A stretch of 36,061 nucleotides of DNA, from positions 1 through 36,061 of the forward strand of contig CANMWZ010000043.1 of NCBI GenBank assembly GCA_947501605.1. The letters are read 5' to 3'. A program made the translations under genes and the position numbers. This DNA is from Planctomycetota bacterium (GTDB taxonomy: Bacteria > Planctomycetota > UBA1135 > UBA2386). Shown here piece after piece: positions 1-7,546 of this stretch. The notes under the pieces are model-generated. The model worked only from the letters and a program-made list of their open reading frames with translations, was not told the DNA's origin and did not search any database. Numbering within the stretch: position 1 is the stretch's first letter; every line of letters starts with the position of its first letter.

Positions 1-6
1 GCCGTG

Positions 7-420
7 CTACGCGTTCGCTGGCGTCCAGGTCACATCGAGGCGCATCCCCAAGGCGTCCGCAATCCGCTGCAGCATGGACAGGGAGTGCCCTTCGTAGTCC
101 GCGTCTTCAAGGCGGGAGATCACGCTCTGCGTCGTGCCGACGCGTTCAGCGAGCCCTGCCTGCGTGAGGCGCGCGGAGGTGCGAGCGAAGAGGATCATCT
201 CAGCGATCCGCGAGCTCAGCTTGTGCTCCTCGATGGCCGCTCGGAGCGCAGGGTCTGCGCCCACGAGCTTGCTGAGCACGGCCGAAGCCGAGGATCCCGA
301 CTTCCGGTTGCGCGCCGGCGCCGCACTCCGGCGCAGCTTCGACTTTGCGGCTCTCGCAGTGGGCGTCGCGGCGTCGGGCTTCGAGCGACGATTGCGGCGC
401 CGGGTTCGGGACTTGGTCAT
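7..420 (-). CDS. XRE/Cro-family HTH antitoxin (HigA-like)
   Basis: ARTSARLTQAGLAERVGTTQSVISRLEDADYEGHSLSMLQRIADALG is a typical XRE HTH. It starts 4 nt after the stop of a RelE-like gene. Confidence 0.85.
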   Translation of the reverse strand: MTKSRTRRRNRRSKPDAATPTARAAKSKLRRSAAPARNRKSGSSASAVLSKLVGADPALRAAIEEHKLSSRIAEMILFARTSARLTQAGLAERVGTTQSVISRLEDADYEGHSLSMLQRIADALGMRLDVTWTPANA

Positions 421-424
421 GAGG

Positions 425-799
425 TCAGGCCTTGTACGTGTGACGGGTTGGGTTGGCTTCGAGGTCGGCCTTGCGCCGCTTCGCGCGGTCGAGATCGGCT
501 GGGGGGACTGCAGCCTCCTTGGTGAGGCCGTGGACGAGGAAGGCGACGTTCTTGCCGAGGAAGCAGTAGAGGATGCGGTAGTTCATGGTGCCGACCTTGG
601 CGCGCAATTCGTAGATCCCGCCTTCCAGCACGTCTGCCGTCGGTCGGCGCAACTCGTGGCCCTCGGCTTCAAGCCGTTCGATGATCGCGGCGCACTTGGC
701 GAAGGCCTTCGGTGTCGTTCGCTTCAGTGCCTCGAGCCAATCGAGGACCGGGGGCCGGCCGTCGCAGTCGAGGTAGAAGTAGACAGAGGTCTTCGGCAT
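425..799 (-). CDS. RelE/ParE-superfamily toxin (HigB/Gp49-like)
   Basis: 124 aa from ATG 799. Motifs PVLDWL, LRRPTADVLEGGIYELR, NYRILYCF and FLVHGLTK; the toxin-first order matches higBA. Confidence 0.85.
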   Translation of the reverse strand: MPKTSVYFYLDCDGRPPVLDWLEALKRTTPKAFAKCAAIIERLEAEGHELRRPTADVLEGGIYELRAKVGTMNYRILYCFLGKNVAFLVHGLTKEAAVPPADLDRAKRRKADLEANPTRHTYKA

Positions 800-816
800 C
801 GGGCCCTCGGGAGGGT

Positions 817-832
817 ATCGCAATATTGCGAT
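817..832. promoter_or_regulatory. Perfect 16-bp palindrome ATCGCAATATTGCGAT, probable TA operator
   Basis: AT-rich perfect inverted repeat 18-33 nt upstream of the toxin ATG. It overlaps a minus-strand -10-like hexamer TACCCT (812-817) by one base. Confidence 0.7.
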
Positions 833-974
833 CTCTGGTAGAGGTGTCGCTGGGTTCGGGATCGCTGTGGGGTAGTGACGACGCGAGGGGGCAGGGCCCG
901 GCGCCGCCTTGAATGGGCCTCCTGTGGCTTCAGCGCCCGAGAAGGCCCATCCGGCGTCTCTCCGCAGGCCCCGG

Positions 975-1094
975 CCCAAGGACTTGCTCCGCCACCTCGT
1001 GGCACTCTGCGTGCGCGTCGTGGCGGGAGACTCGCGCCGCCAGATCGACTACCTGCTCGAAGAGAACCGCATTCTCAAGCAAGCCCTCCGGTAG
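975..1094 (+). pseudogene. N-terminal remnant of an integrase/transposase (rve-type)
   Basis: LLRHLVALCVRVVAGDSRRQIDYLLEENRILKQALR* resembles the 'IxYLxxENRxL(K/R)' N-terminus of integrase-core transposases. It stops at TAG with no catalytic domain following. Confidence 0.5.
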
Positions 1095-1209
1095 CACCGC
1101 GCCGGTGGAAGGTCGGCGTGCAGCCTTCCGTCACCCTTCTGCCTCTTTGCCGCCGGCCAACCTCAGTGCCGCAAGTCACGGCGCGCGACCCAGTCCCCCA
1201 ACCCGTCTC

Positions 1210-2514
1210 TCACCCCCTGACCATCTTCGTCACCATCTCCACATGCGCCGTGTGCGGGAACATGTCGCACAGCCGCATGCTCTGCACCTTCCACCCGCCC
1301 GCCCCCAGCCCTTCCAGATCCCGCGCCAGCGACTCCGCCGAGCAATGCACCATCACCAGCCGCTTCGGCTTCGCCGCCAGCACGCGAGCCACACCATCGG
1401 CCTGCAATCCTGACCGCGGCGGATCGACCAACAACAAATCCGGCTCCGCTGCGAACTTCGCCTGCGCGAACGGCAGCTGCTCGACCACCACGCGATCCGC
1501 AAACCCGTTCTGCTTGGCGTTCTGCTCGGCATCGCCGCAGGCCACCGGGTTCGCTTCGACGATCTCGACGCGCTTGGCCCCAGCCTTCGCCAAGCGCAGG
1601 CCGAACGTGCCGACGCCGCCATAGCCGTCGACCACGCGCTGGCCGGTCACATCCCCGCACAGTTCCATCGTCGGGCGATAGAGCAACGAGTGCGAGTCGC
1701 GGTGTACCTGGTAGAAGCTGCCGAAGCGGACGCGAAAGTCGAGTCCATCGACTTTGTCCATTTGGTAGTCGCGACCCAGCAGTGGCACGTTCTTGTCGCC
1801 GAGCAAGTAGTTGCCGGTGCGTTCATTGATGCTGCGAACGACACCGACCGGGTGCAGGTGCGTGCGGCCCGAGCGCGGCAAGCCTTGCGCGGCTTCCATC
1901 AACCGGTCGGCCAGTTGCTTGGCCTTGGGAAACACGCCCTTGCGCGTCACCACGCCGATCAGCAGTTCGCCGGTGCCTGGCATCGACCGCGCGCCGAAAG
2001 CCTGTACGAAGCCCTTCTGCGTCGTTTCGTCCCAGGCCTCCAGTTCCATCTGGCGGAGGATGGTCTCGGCGCGGAGGCCGAGTTCGGTCAGCCCTTCGTC
2101 TTGCGTGCGGCACTCCTTGATGCGCACGACGTCGTGACTCATCGGCTTGTAGATGCCGAGCGAGCAGCGGCCCTTGCCGTCCGAGCGAACCGGGTAGAGC
2201 AGCTTGGTGCGGAAGTGCACCGGCGTGCGGCGCGGCAGCTCGGTGACGATGCGGTGGGCGCCGAGGAACGGCTGCAGCAGCAGCGTCACGTCGTGCAGCT
2301 TGTCGTCGAGCTGCTCCTGGATCGCCATGTCGAGGTGGGTGCAGCCGCCGCAAATGCCGAAGTGCTGGCACTGCGGCCGCCCATCGGGCATCGAGTTGTC
2401 GGGGCCAGACGACTCCCGCGGCGGTTCGGACCGGCGGGAGAAGTCGGGGGCGGAAGGGCCTTTCCGGCGCGGGGCGCCAGGATAGCCGGGTCGATTGGGG
2501 CGCGGGCGAGGCAA
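1210..2514 (-). CDS. rlmD: 23S rRNA m5U methyltransferase RlmD/TrmA family
   Basis: CQHFGICGGC Fe-S motif, SFYQV, DGYGGVGTFG SAM motif, VDPPRSGL, HCSAESLARD and DMFPHTAHVE. Start uncertain (TTG 2514 chosen; a later ATG at MPDGRPQC is possible). No TRAM domain seen. Confidence 0.88.
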   Translation of the reverse strand: MPRPRPNRPGYPGAPRRKGPSAPDFSRRSEPPRESSGPDNSMPDGRPQCQHFGICGGCTHLDMAIQEQLDDKLHDVTLLLQPFLGAHRIVTELPRRTPVHFRTKLLYPVRSDGKGRCSLGIYKPMSHDVVRIKECRTQDEGLTELGLRAETILRQMELEAWDETTQKGFVQAFGARSMPGTGELLIGVVTRKGVFPKAKQLADRLMEAAQGLPRSGRTHLHPVGVVRSINERTGNYLLGDKNVPLLGRDYQMDKVDGLDFRVRFGSFYQVHRDSHSLLYRPTMELCGDVTGQRVVDGYGGVGTFGLRLAKAGAKRVEIVEANPVACGDAEQNAKQNGFADRVVVEQLPFAQAKFAAEPDLLLVDPPRSGLQADGVARVLAAKPKRLVMVHCSAESLARDLEGLGAGGWKVQSMRLCDMFPHTAHVEMVTKMVRG

Positions 2515-2555
2515 GGCGGCGCATGCTACGGCGCGATCGCCGCGATGCAGCACGT

Positions 2556-2741
2556 TCATGCAACGGCTGCGGCCAACAGGAGGCTGGCGACCGTCGCGAT
2601 GTAGCCCAGGCAGATCCAGCAGACCTGCAAGATGGCGGCGCGCTCGGAGTCGTGCCCCCTGCGGGGATGGACGCGGCGAGCGCCAAGGGTGGACGGCGAG
2701 CGTTGCGAGCGGGACGGGCGATTCGAAGGCGCGAAGTTCAT
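2556..2741 (-). CDS. Small putative membrane protein (61 aa)
   Basis: Basic N-terminus followed by a hydrophobic tail AILQVCWICLGYIATVASLLLAAAVA; fills the gap between rlmD and the hydrolase. Confidence 0.35.
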   Translation of the reverse strand: MNFAPSNRPSRSQRSPSTLGARRVHPRRGHDSERAAILQVCWICLGYIATVASLLLAAAVA

Positions 2742-2917
2742 GGTCGATCCGTGGTGCCGGCGGACGGAGGCGGCAGCGCGGCAATGGCCGTGGGCCGGGT
2801 CGCCAGGCCGGTGCCGGACGACGGGTCGATAAGGGGCGCATCGCCCGCCGGCGCAGGTCGTGGTTCGTGGATTCGAGCGCTGGCTCGCAGGGAAGTGGGC
2901 GGGCAGCATGCACAGCC

Positions 2918-4123
2918 ATGGCCGTCCTCTTGTCGTTGTGCGCCGCAGTGGCGCTCCTACCGCAGTCGGCGCCGCGCGACCTGAGCCGACTGCTTGCGAG
3001 CGAGCCGTCTAAGTTCGAACGCGCGCTCGCCGCGATGCCGGGCAATCGCTTGCAGGTGCTGGTGGCCGAGCCCGAGACCCTCGCCGACGGGCGCGTGGTG
3101 CTGCGGCGCAGCGCGATCGGGGACGCGCGGCAGTACTTCTATCCCGCGAGCTCGGTCAAACTCGGAGCGGCGGTTGCGGCGTTGCTGCAGTTGCAAGAAC
3201 TCGGGCGCGACAGCGCGGCGGCCTTCGATCTCGGCGCCGAGTGGCGTATCGGCGCGCGCTTCGATGGGGATCCGCAAGAGGCGCCGTGGTTGTCGATCGA
3301 ACACGATCTTCGCGCACTGCTTGTCGTCAGTGACAACGCTGCGTTCAACCACTGCTTCGAGTTCGTCGGTCCACGCGCACTGAACGAAACGATGGCGGCC
3401 GCCGGACTGACCTCGTTTCGCCTGTGGCACCGATTGTCCGAGGGTCGCTCGCTCCAGCAGAACCGGCAGACGCGTCCGATGTCGCTGCGACAAGGCGGGC
3501 GTGTCCATGCGATCGCGGGGCGCGACGACGAGATCGTGCTCGACAACCTCGCGTTCGCGGACCTGGCGGTCGGCGAGGCCCACATTCGCGGCGACAAGGT
3601 CGTGCCACAGCCGATGTCGTTCACCGAGAAGAACGCAGTGCAGCTGCGCGACCTGCAAGACCTGCTGGTGATGGTGCTGCGCCCCGACATCGATCTCGGC
3701 AAGAAGGGCTTCGCCCAACTGTCGGTGACCGCGCGTGCGTTCTTGGTCAACGCGCTCGGTTGCTTTCCGCGCGAGTCCACGGCGCCGGTGTGGAGCGAGA
3801 AGGACTACCCCGATGACTGGGGCAAGTTCGTCCTGCCGGGCATTCGGCGCGTAGTGCCAGCAGCGCACGCGCGGGTCTACGACAAGTCGGGGCGGGCCTA
3901 CGGCTTCACGATCGAGAACGCCTACGTCGAAGACACCAGGACGGGTCGTGGGTTCTTTGTTGCGGCGGTGCTCTACACCAATCCAAACGCCATCGTCGGC
4001 GACGATCAGTACGCGTACGCGCAGCTTGCCGATCCGTTCTTCGCCGACCTGGGCGAAGTTCTCGCCCGGGCGCTGTTCTGCGCAGCGGACCGTGAGAACC
4101 TCGCTCCGGCGCAGTCGCGGTGA
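2918..4123 (+). CDS. Secreted serine hydrolase, class A beta-lactamase-like fold
   Basis: Signal peptide; SxxK (YPASSVK), SDN (VVSDN) and KSG (YDKSG) motifs in canonical order. Confidence 0.8.
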   Translation: MAVLLSLCAAVALLPQSAPRDLSRLLASEPSKFERALAAMPGNRLQVLVAEPETLADGRVVLRRSAIGDARQYFYPASSVKLGAAVAALLQLQELGRDSAAAFDLGAEWRIGARFDGDPQEAPWLSIEHDLRALLVVSDNAAFNHCFEFVGPRALNETMAAAGLTSFRLWHRLSEGRSLQQNRQTRPMSLRQGGRVHAIAGRDDEIVLDNLAFADLAVGEAHIRGDKVVPQPMSFTEKNAVQLRDLQDLLVMVLRPDIDLGKKGFAQLSVTARAFLVNALGCFPRESTAPVWSEKDYPDDWGKFVLPGIRRVVPAAHARVYDKSGRAYGFTIENAYVEDTRTGRGFFVAAVLYTNPNAIVGDDQYAYAQLADPFFADLGEVLARALFCAADRENLAPAQSR

Positions 4124-4149
4124 GGGTGCGGCGGCGCTACCGTGCCGCC

Positions 4150-6381
4150 ATGACTGCACGCGCTCACCGGCTGCTTCTGTCCGCGTTCGCATGCGCCCCG
4201 ATGCTGTCGGCGCAGGGGCAGGATCCGATCCTCGCCGCCGTGCCCAAGGACGCGACGAGTTTGCTGGTCATCCGCGATCCGTTGCCGCACATCGAGGCGC
4301 TGCTGGCATCGCCCGAGATCGCCGAGATCGCGCGCGCGACCGCCGATCTGCAACAAGAACTGCTCGGCATGACGATGCAGCCGGCGACGCTGCAAAAGCA
4401 GTTGGGGCTGTTCGTCACCTTTGTGCCGACAGAGATCGTGGTGGCGGCGCCGCCCGAGGCGATGGTCGCGTTGGCGCGCCTTGGCAGCTGCCTGTTGGCG
4501 GGCTTTTGCGCGTCCCAACAGAAAGACGCCGAGGCGACGGCGACGGCTCTGCGCCTTTGCGCACAGGAGCACATGGCCAAGGTGCAGATGCCGGCAGTCA
4601 CGGCCTGGGTACGCGCCCGCAACGAACGCACGGCGGAACAGTGGTTCGAGGCCATCGGGGAGACCTTGGATCGGGTTGCCGACGACGGCCTGGTGGTGAC
4701 GGCAACGGGCGACGTGCTGACGGTCGCGCTGCAACCAAGCAAGATCAACGGCGGCAAGATGATGGCGCGCATCCGGGAGATCGCTCTCGACCCGACGCCA
4801 CTCGAAGCGCTCGCGACGACCTTCACGGTGACGCTCGACGGCGACCGTATCGCGCTCCAGCTGGGCACCGCCGCTGCACCCGGCTTGCCAGCAAGCGCAT
4901 TGGGCCAACTGTGGCAGCCGAGCGGCGACCAGTTGCTGTTCGGCAAGCTCGACATGGCCGGATCGCAGACGATGTGGGGCGAGTGCACGGAGTGGCTCTA
5001 CCCAGCGATCGAGTCGATGGACGAGAACCTGTCGGCGACGGTAGTTCCGATGGCCGAGGCCGTCTCGCGGCTGGCGGAGATGGCGCCGCGCAGCGTGTCG
5101 TCGATCGTGGTCAACAACGGCCTTCAGTTCGTACTCGAGGAACGGTTCGACGAGGACGCGAGTGTCGAGTTCGCCGCGCCGCCGCCAGAGCTGTTGCGTT
5201 GTCTCGATCCGAAGCTCGGTGCCTTTGCGTTGCTCAACCTGCCCTTTGACGTCGTGCTGTCGGGTCTCCTGGATCAAGTGGAGAGCGAACTTGCCTCGCG
5301 CTCACATCGGCCCGACCCGTTGGCTGCCTATGAGGCGCTGACGAGCAACGCGGCAGGAGTGATGGACTTCCTTGCTGGCGAGAGTTCGGCGGTGTTCGGC
5401 TCGGGCGTCGTCGTGGTCTCGAGCGAAGTCACGATGTCGGGCCTGGTTGTCGCCGGTATGCCGATGCGCGACCTGCCAGTTCTTGCCTTGGCCGCAGTCG
5501 CGCCGGCGGACGACGCCGAGTCTGCGAGTAGTTTCTGCGCGCAGCTCGGGGAACTGGTGGCGCAGGCCGTAGGTGTCGAGGTCACCTCGATGTGGCGCGA
5601 CGAAGACCTCGGCTTCGGCTTGCCAACGCGCACCTTGCAGTGGCAGCAGTTGCTGCCAGCAGACGTCAAGGTCACGGTCAATTCGGGCTTCCTGCCGCAC
5701 CACGTGCAAAGGGGCGAGCTCATGATCGTGTCGACGGATCCGACGCTGACGAGGACGTTGCTCGCGCGCATGGATGGCACGATCGAGACGGCGCCGCCGT
5801 CGGCAGACACGATCGCATGGTCGTTCACCACCGGCGAGCAGATGGCCTCGATGTGCAACATGCTCGGGCAGTGGCTTCTCGAGCTGGCCAAAGTCGCTCC
5901 AAAACCGATGCCCATGGCCGAGGAGGTTCACGTTGCGTTGCAAGTCGCGGCACGGGCGATGCAGCAAGTCGAGTGCTACGACCAGCGACTCACCATGCGC
6001 GACGACTGGATGCGCGATGAGGCGAAACTGCTGTTGAAGCCCGCTGCTGTGCGTGCGGCTGCTCGACAAGGGGCAACACCTCCGCGCACCAAGAAGCCAA
6101 AGCACGACGAGGCGAAGGTCGGCAAGGCGACCGCTGATGTGAAAGAGATCGACGGTGCTGCCAGGATGTTCCGCATCAAGACGGGACGCGTGCCGACGAT
6201 GCAGGAGCTCACGGCGAAGAATGCGGAAGGTCTCGCGTTTCTCGACTTCGAGCCGCGCGATCCGTGGGGCAATGCCTACCTGATTCGCGAACTCGACGGC
6301 ACCAAGGTCGAGATCCTCTGCACCGGACCTGACGGCAAGGCCGGCACCGAGGACGATCTCTCGTCGCGGCGGCCGAAGTGA
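4150..6381 (+). CDS. Large secreted protein with C-terminal GspG-like pseudopilin domain
   Basis: Signal peptide (LLLSAFACAPMLSAQ). The C-terminus AKVGKATADVKEIDGAARMFRIKTGRVPT...DPWGNAY...CTGPDGKAGTEDDL matches the GspG globular domain. Confidence 0.7.
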   Translation: MTARAHRLLLSAFACAPMLSAQGQDPILAAVPKDATSLLVIRDPLPHIEALLASPEIAEIARATADLQQELLGMTMQPATLQKQLGLFVTFVPTEIVVAAPPEAMVALARLGSCLLAGFCASQQKDAEATATALRLCAQEHMAKVQMPAVTAWVRARNERTAEQWFEAIGETLDRVADDGLVVTATGDVLTVALQPSKINGGKMMARIREIALDPTPLEALATTFTVTLDGDRIALQLGTAAAPGLPASALGQLWQPSGDQLLFGKLDMAGSQTMWGECTEWLYPAIESMDENLSATVVPMAEAVSRLAEMAPRSVSSIVVNNGLQFVLEERFDEDASVEFAAPPPELLRCLDPKLGAFALLNLPFDVVLSGLLDQVESELASRSHRPDPLAAYEALTSNAAGVMDFLAGESSAVFGSGVVVVSSEVTMSGLVVAGMPMRDLPVLALAAVAPADDAESASSFCAQLGELVAQAVGVEVTSMWRDEDLGFGLPTRTLQWQQLLPADVKVTVNSGFLPHHVQRGELMIVSTDPTLTRTLLARMDGTIETAPPSADTIAWSFTTGEQMASMCNMLGQWLLELAKVAPKPMPMAEEVHVALQVAARAMQQVECYDQRLTMRDDWMRDEAKLLLKPAAVRAAARQGATPPRTKKPKHDEAKVGKATADVKEIDGAARMFRIKTGRVPTMQELTAKNAEGLAFLDFEPRDPWGNAYLIRELDGTKVEILCTGPDGKAGTEDDLSSRRPK

Positions 6382-6385
6382 CCGC

Positions 6386-7546
6386 ATGACGACGCTGATC
6401 CACACCGCCGACTGGCACCTCGGGAAGACGTTCCACGGCTACGCCGACGACGCCGAAGTGCAGGCGCGCCTTCGCCTCGAGCGGCTCGATGCGATCGACC
6501 GGCTCGGCGACGCGGCGCGCGCGGCGAATGCGGCGGCGGTGCTCGTCGCGGGCGACGTGTTCCACACCAACGAAGTCGAGGATCGGTTGGTGCTCGACGC
6601 GCTCGCGCGCATCGGTCGCATCGGTGTGCCAGTCATCGCTATCCCCGGCAATCACGATCACGCCGGCGCCGGTTCGGTTTGGGAACGCCGCGCGTTGGTG
6701 CAGCACAAAGACCGCCTTGCGCCCAATCTGCGCGTGGTGACCGATGCGATCACCGGCATCGACATCGGTGACCTCACGGTCGTCGCCAGTCCTGTGCTGC
6801 AGCGGTTCCATCAGGTCGTTCTCGCCGATCTCGGCGACGTCGAGTCCGCGCCCGGTCGCCCGCGCATCGGCCTCGTGCACGCAGCGACTTTGTCGTTCGC
6901 GGAGGACCAATCCGGCCGCACGCTCGCGACCCAGCACGGCGAACGCGCGCGCCTCGACTATCTGGCGCTCGGCGACTTCCATCGGCAGCAACAGGTCGAC
7001 GGCCTGCCGTGCACCGCGTGGTACTCGGGCGCGCTCACGCCCGACAACTTCGCGAGCCACGGGCAGGTCGGCGAACGCATCGGCACATGCCTGCGACTCC
7101 ACGTGCGCGGCGACGGCCAAGTCGACGTCGAGCCGATCGCCCTCGGCGGCCTGCGGTGGCTGCGCGTGGCGCGGGCGCTGCGCGACGAACTCGGCGTCGA
7201 ACAGCTGCTGCAGGAACTGCGCGCGCACGTCGGCAACGACGTGGGCTTGGTCGTGTGCGAGATCGAGCTCGAGGGCTCGGTGCTCGGCTATGCGGCGGGC
7301 GAACGTTGGCGCGCGGCGTCCGCCGAACTGCGCCCGTTGTTCTTGTCCTTGCAGCAGCGTTCGGAGATCGCGCTCGAACCAAGTGAGGACGAACAGAACG
7401 CATTGGCGATGTGGCCCGGCCTCGCCGGCCGCGCCGCGACCGAGCTGCGCGCGCGCATCGCCGAAGGCGGCGCCGGGGCGGAGATCGCACGGTTCGCGCT
7501 CTTGCGCCTCTACCAACTGGCGCAGTCGAAGGCGGTGCGGTCGTGA
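6386..7546 (+). CDS. Mre11/SbcD-like metallophosphoesterase nuclease
   Basis: HTADWHLG, AGDVF, PGNHD, LVH and YLALGDFH phosphoesterase motifs plus YSG. Confidence 0.88.
   Translation: MTTLIHTADWHLGKTFHGYADDAEVQARLRLERLDAIDRLGDAARAANAAAVLVAGDVFHTNEVEDRLVLDALARIGRIGVPVIAIPGNHDHAGAGSVWERRALVQHKDRLAPNLRVVTDAITGIDIGDLTVVASPVLQRFHQVVLADLGDVESAPGRPRIGLVHAATLSFAEDQSGRTLATQHGERARLDYLALGDFHRQQQVDGLPCTAWYSGALTPDNFASHGQVGERIGTCLRLHVRGDGQVDVEPIALGGLRWLRVARALRDELGVEQLLQELRAHVGNDVGLVVCEIELEGSVLGYAAGERWRAASAELRPLFLSLQQRSEIALEPSEDEQNALAMWPGLAGRAATELRARIAEGGAGAEIARFALLRLYQLAQSKAVRS

Noticed and set aside
2515..3045. Long N-terminal extensions given by the ORF track (rlmD to 3045; likewise 425-979, 7411, 13106, 24221, 31937, 35814)
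   Set aside because: They overlap neighbouring genes or promoters and lack homology-like content. Downstream starts fit signal peptides, stop/start overlaps and promoter motifs better.
2918..4123. Bona fide antibiotic-resistance beta-lactamase
   Set aside because: SxxK/SDN/KSG are shared with many serine hydrolases and PBPs. No clear class A omega-loop ExxLN at the expected position and no mobile context.
6110..6381. Type II secretion or type IV pilus gene cluster
   Set aside because: Only an isolated GspG-like domain; no ATPase, secretin, platform or prepilin leader.
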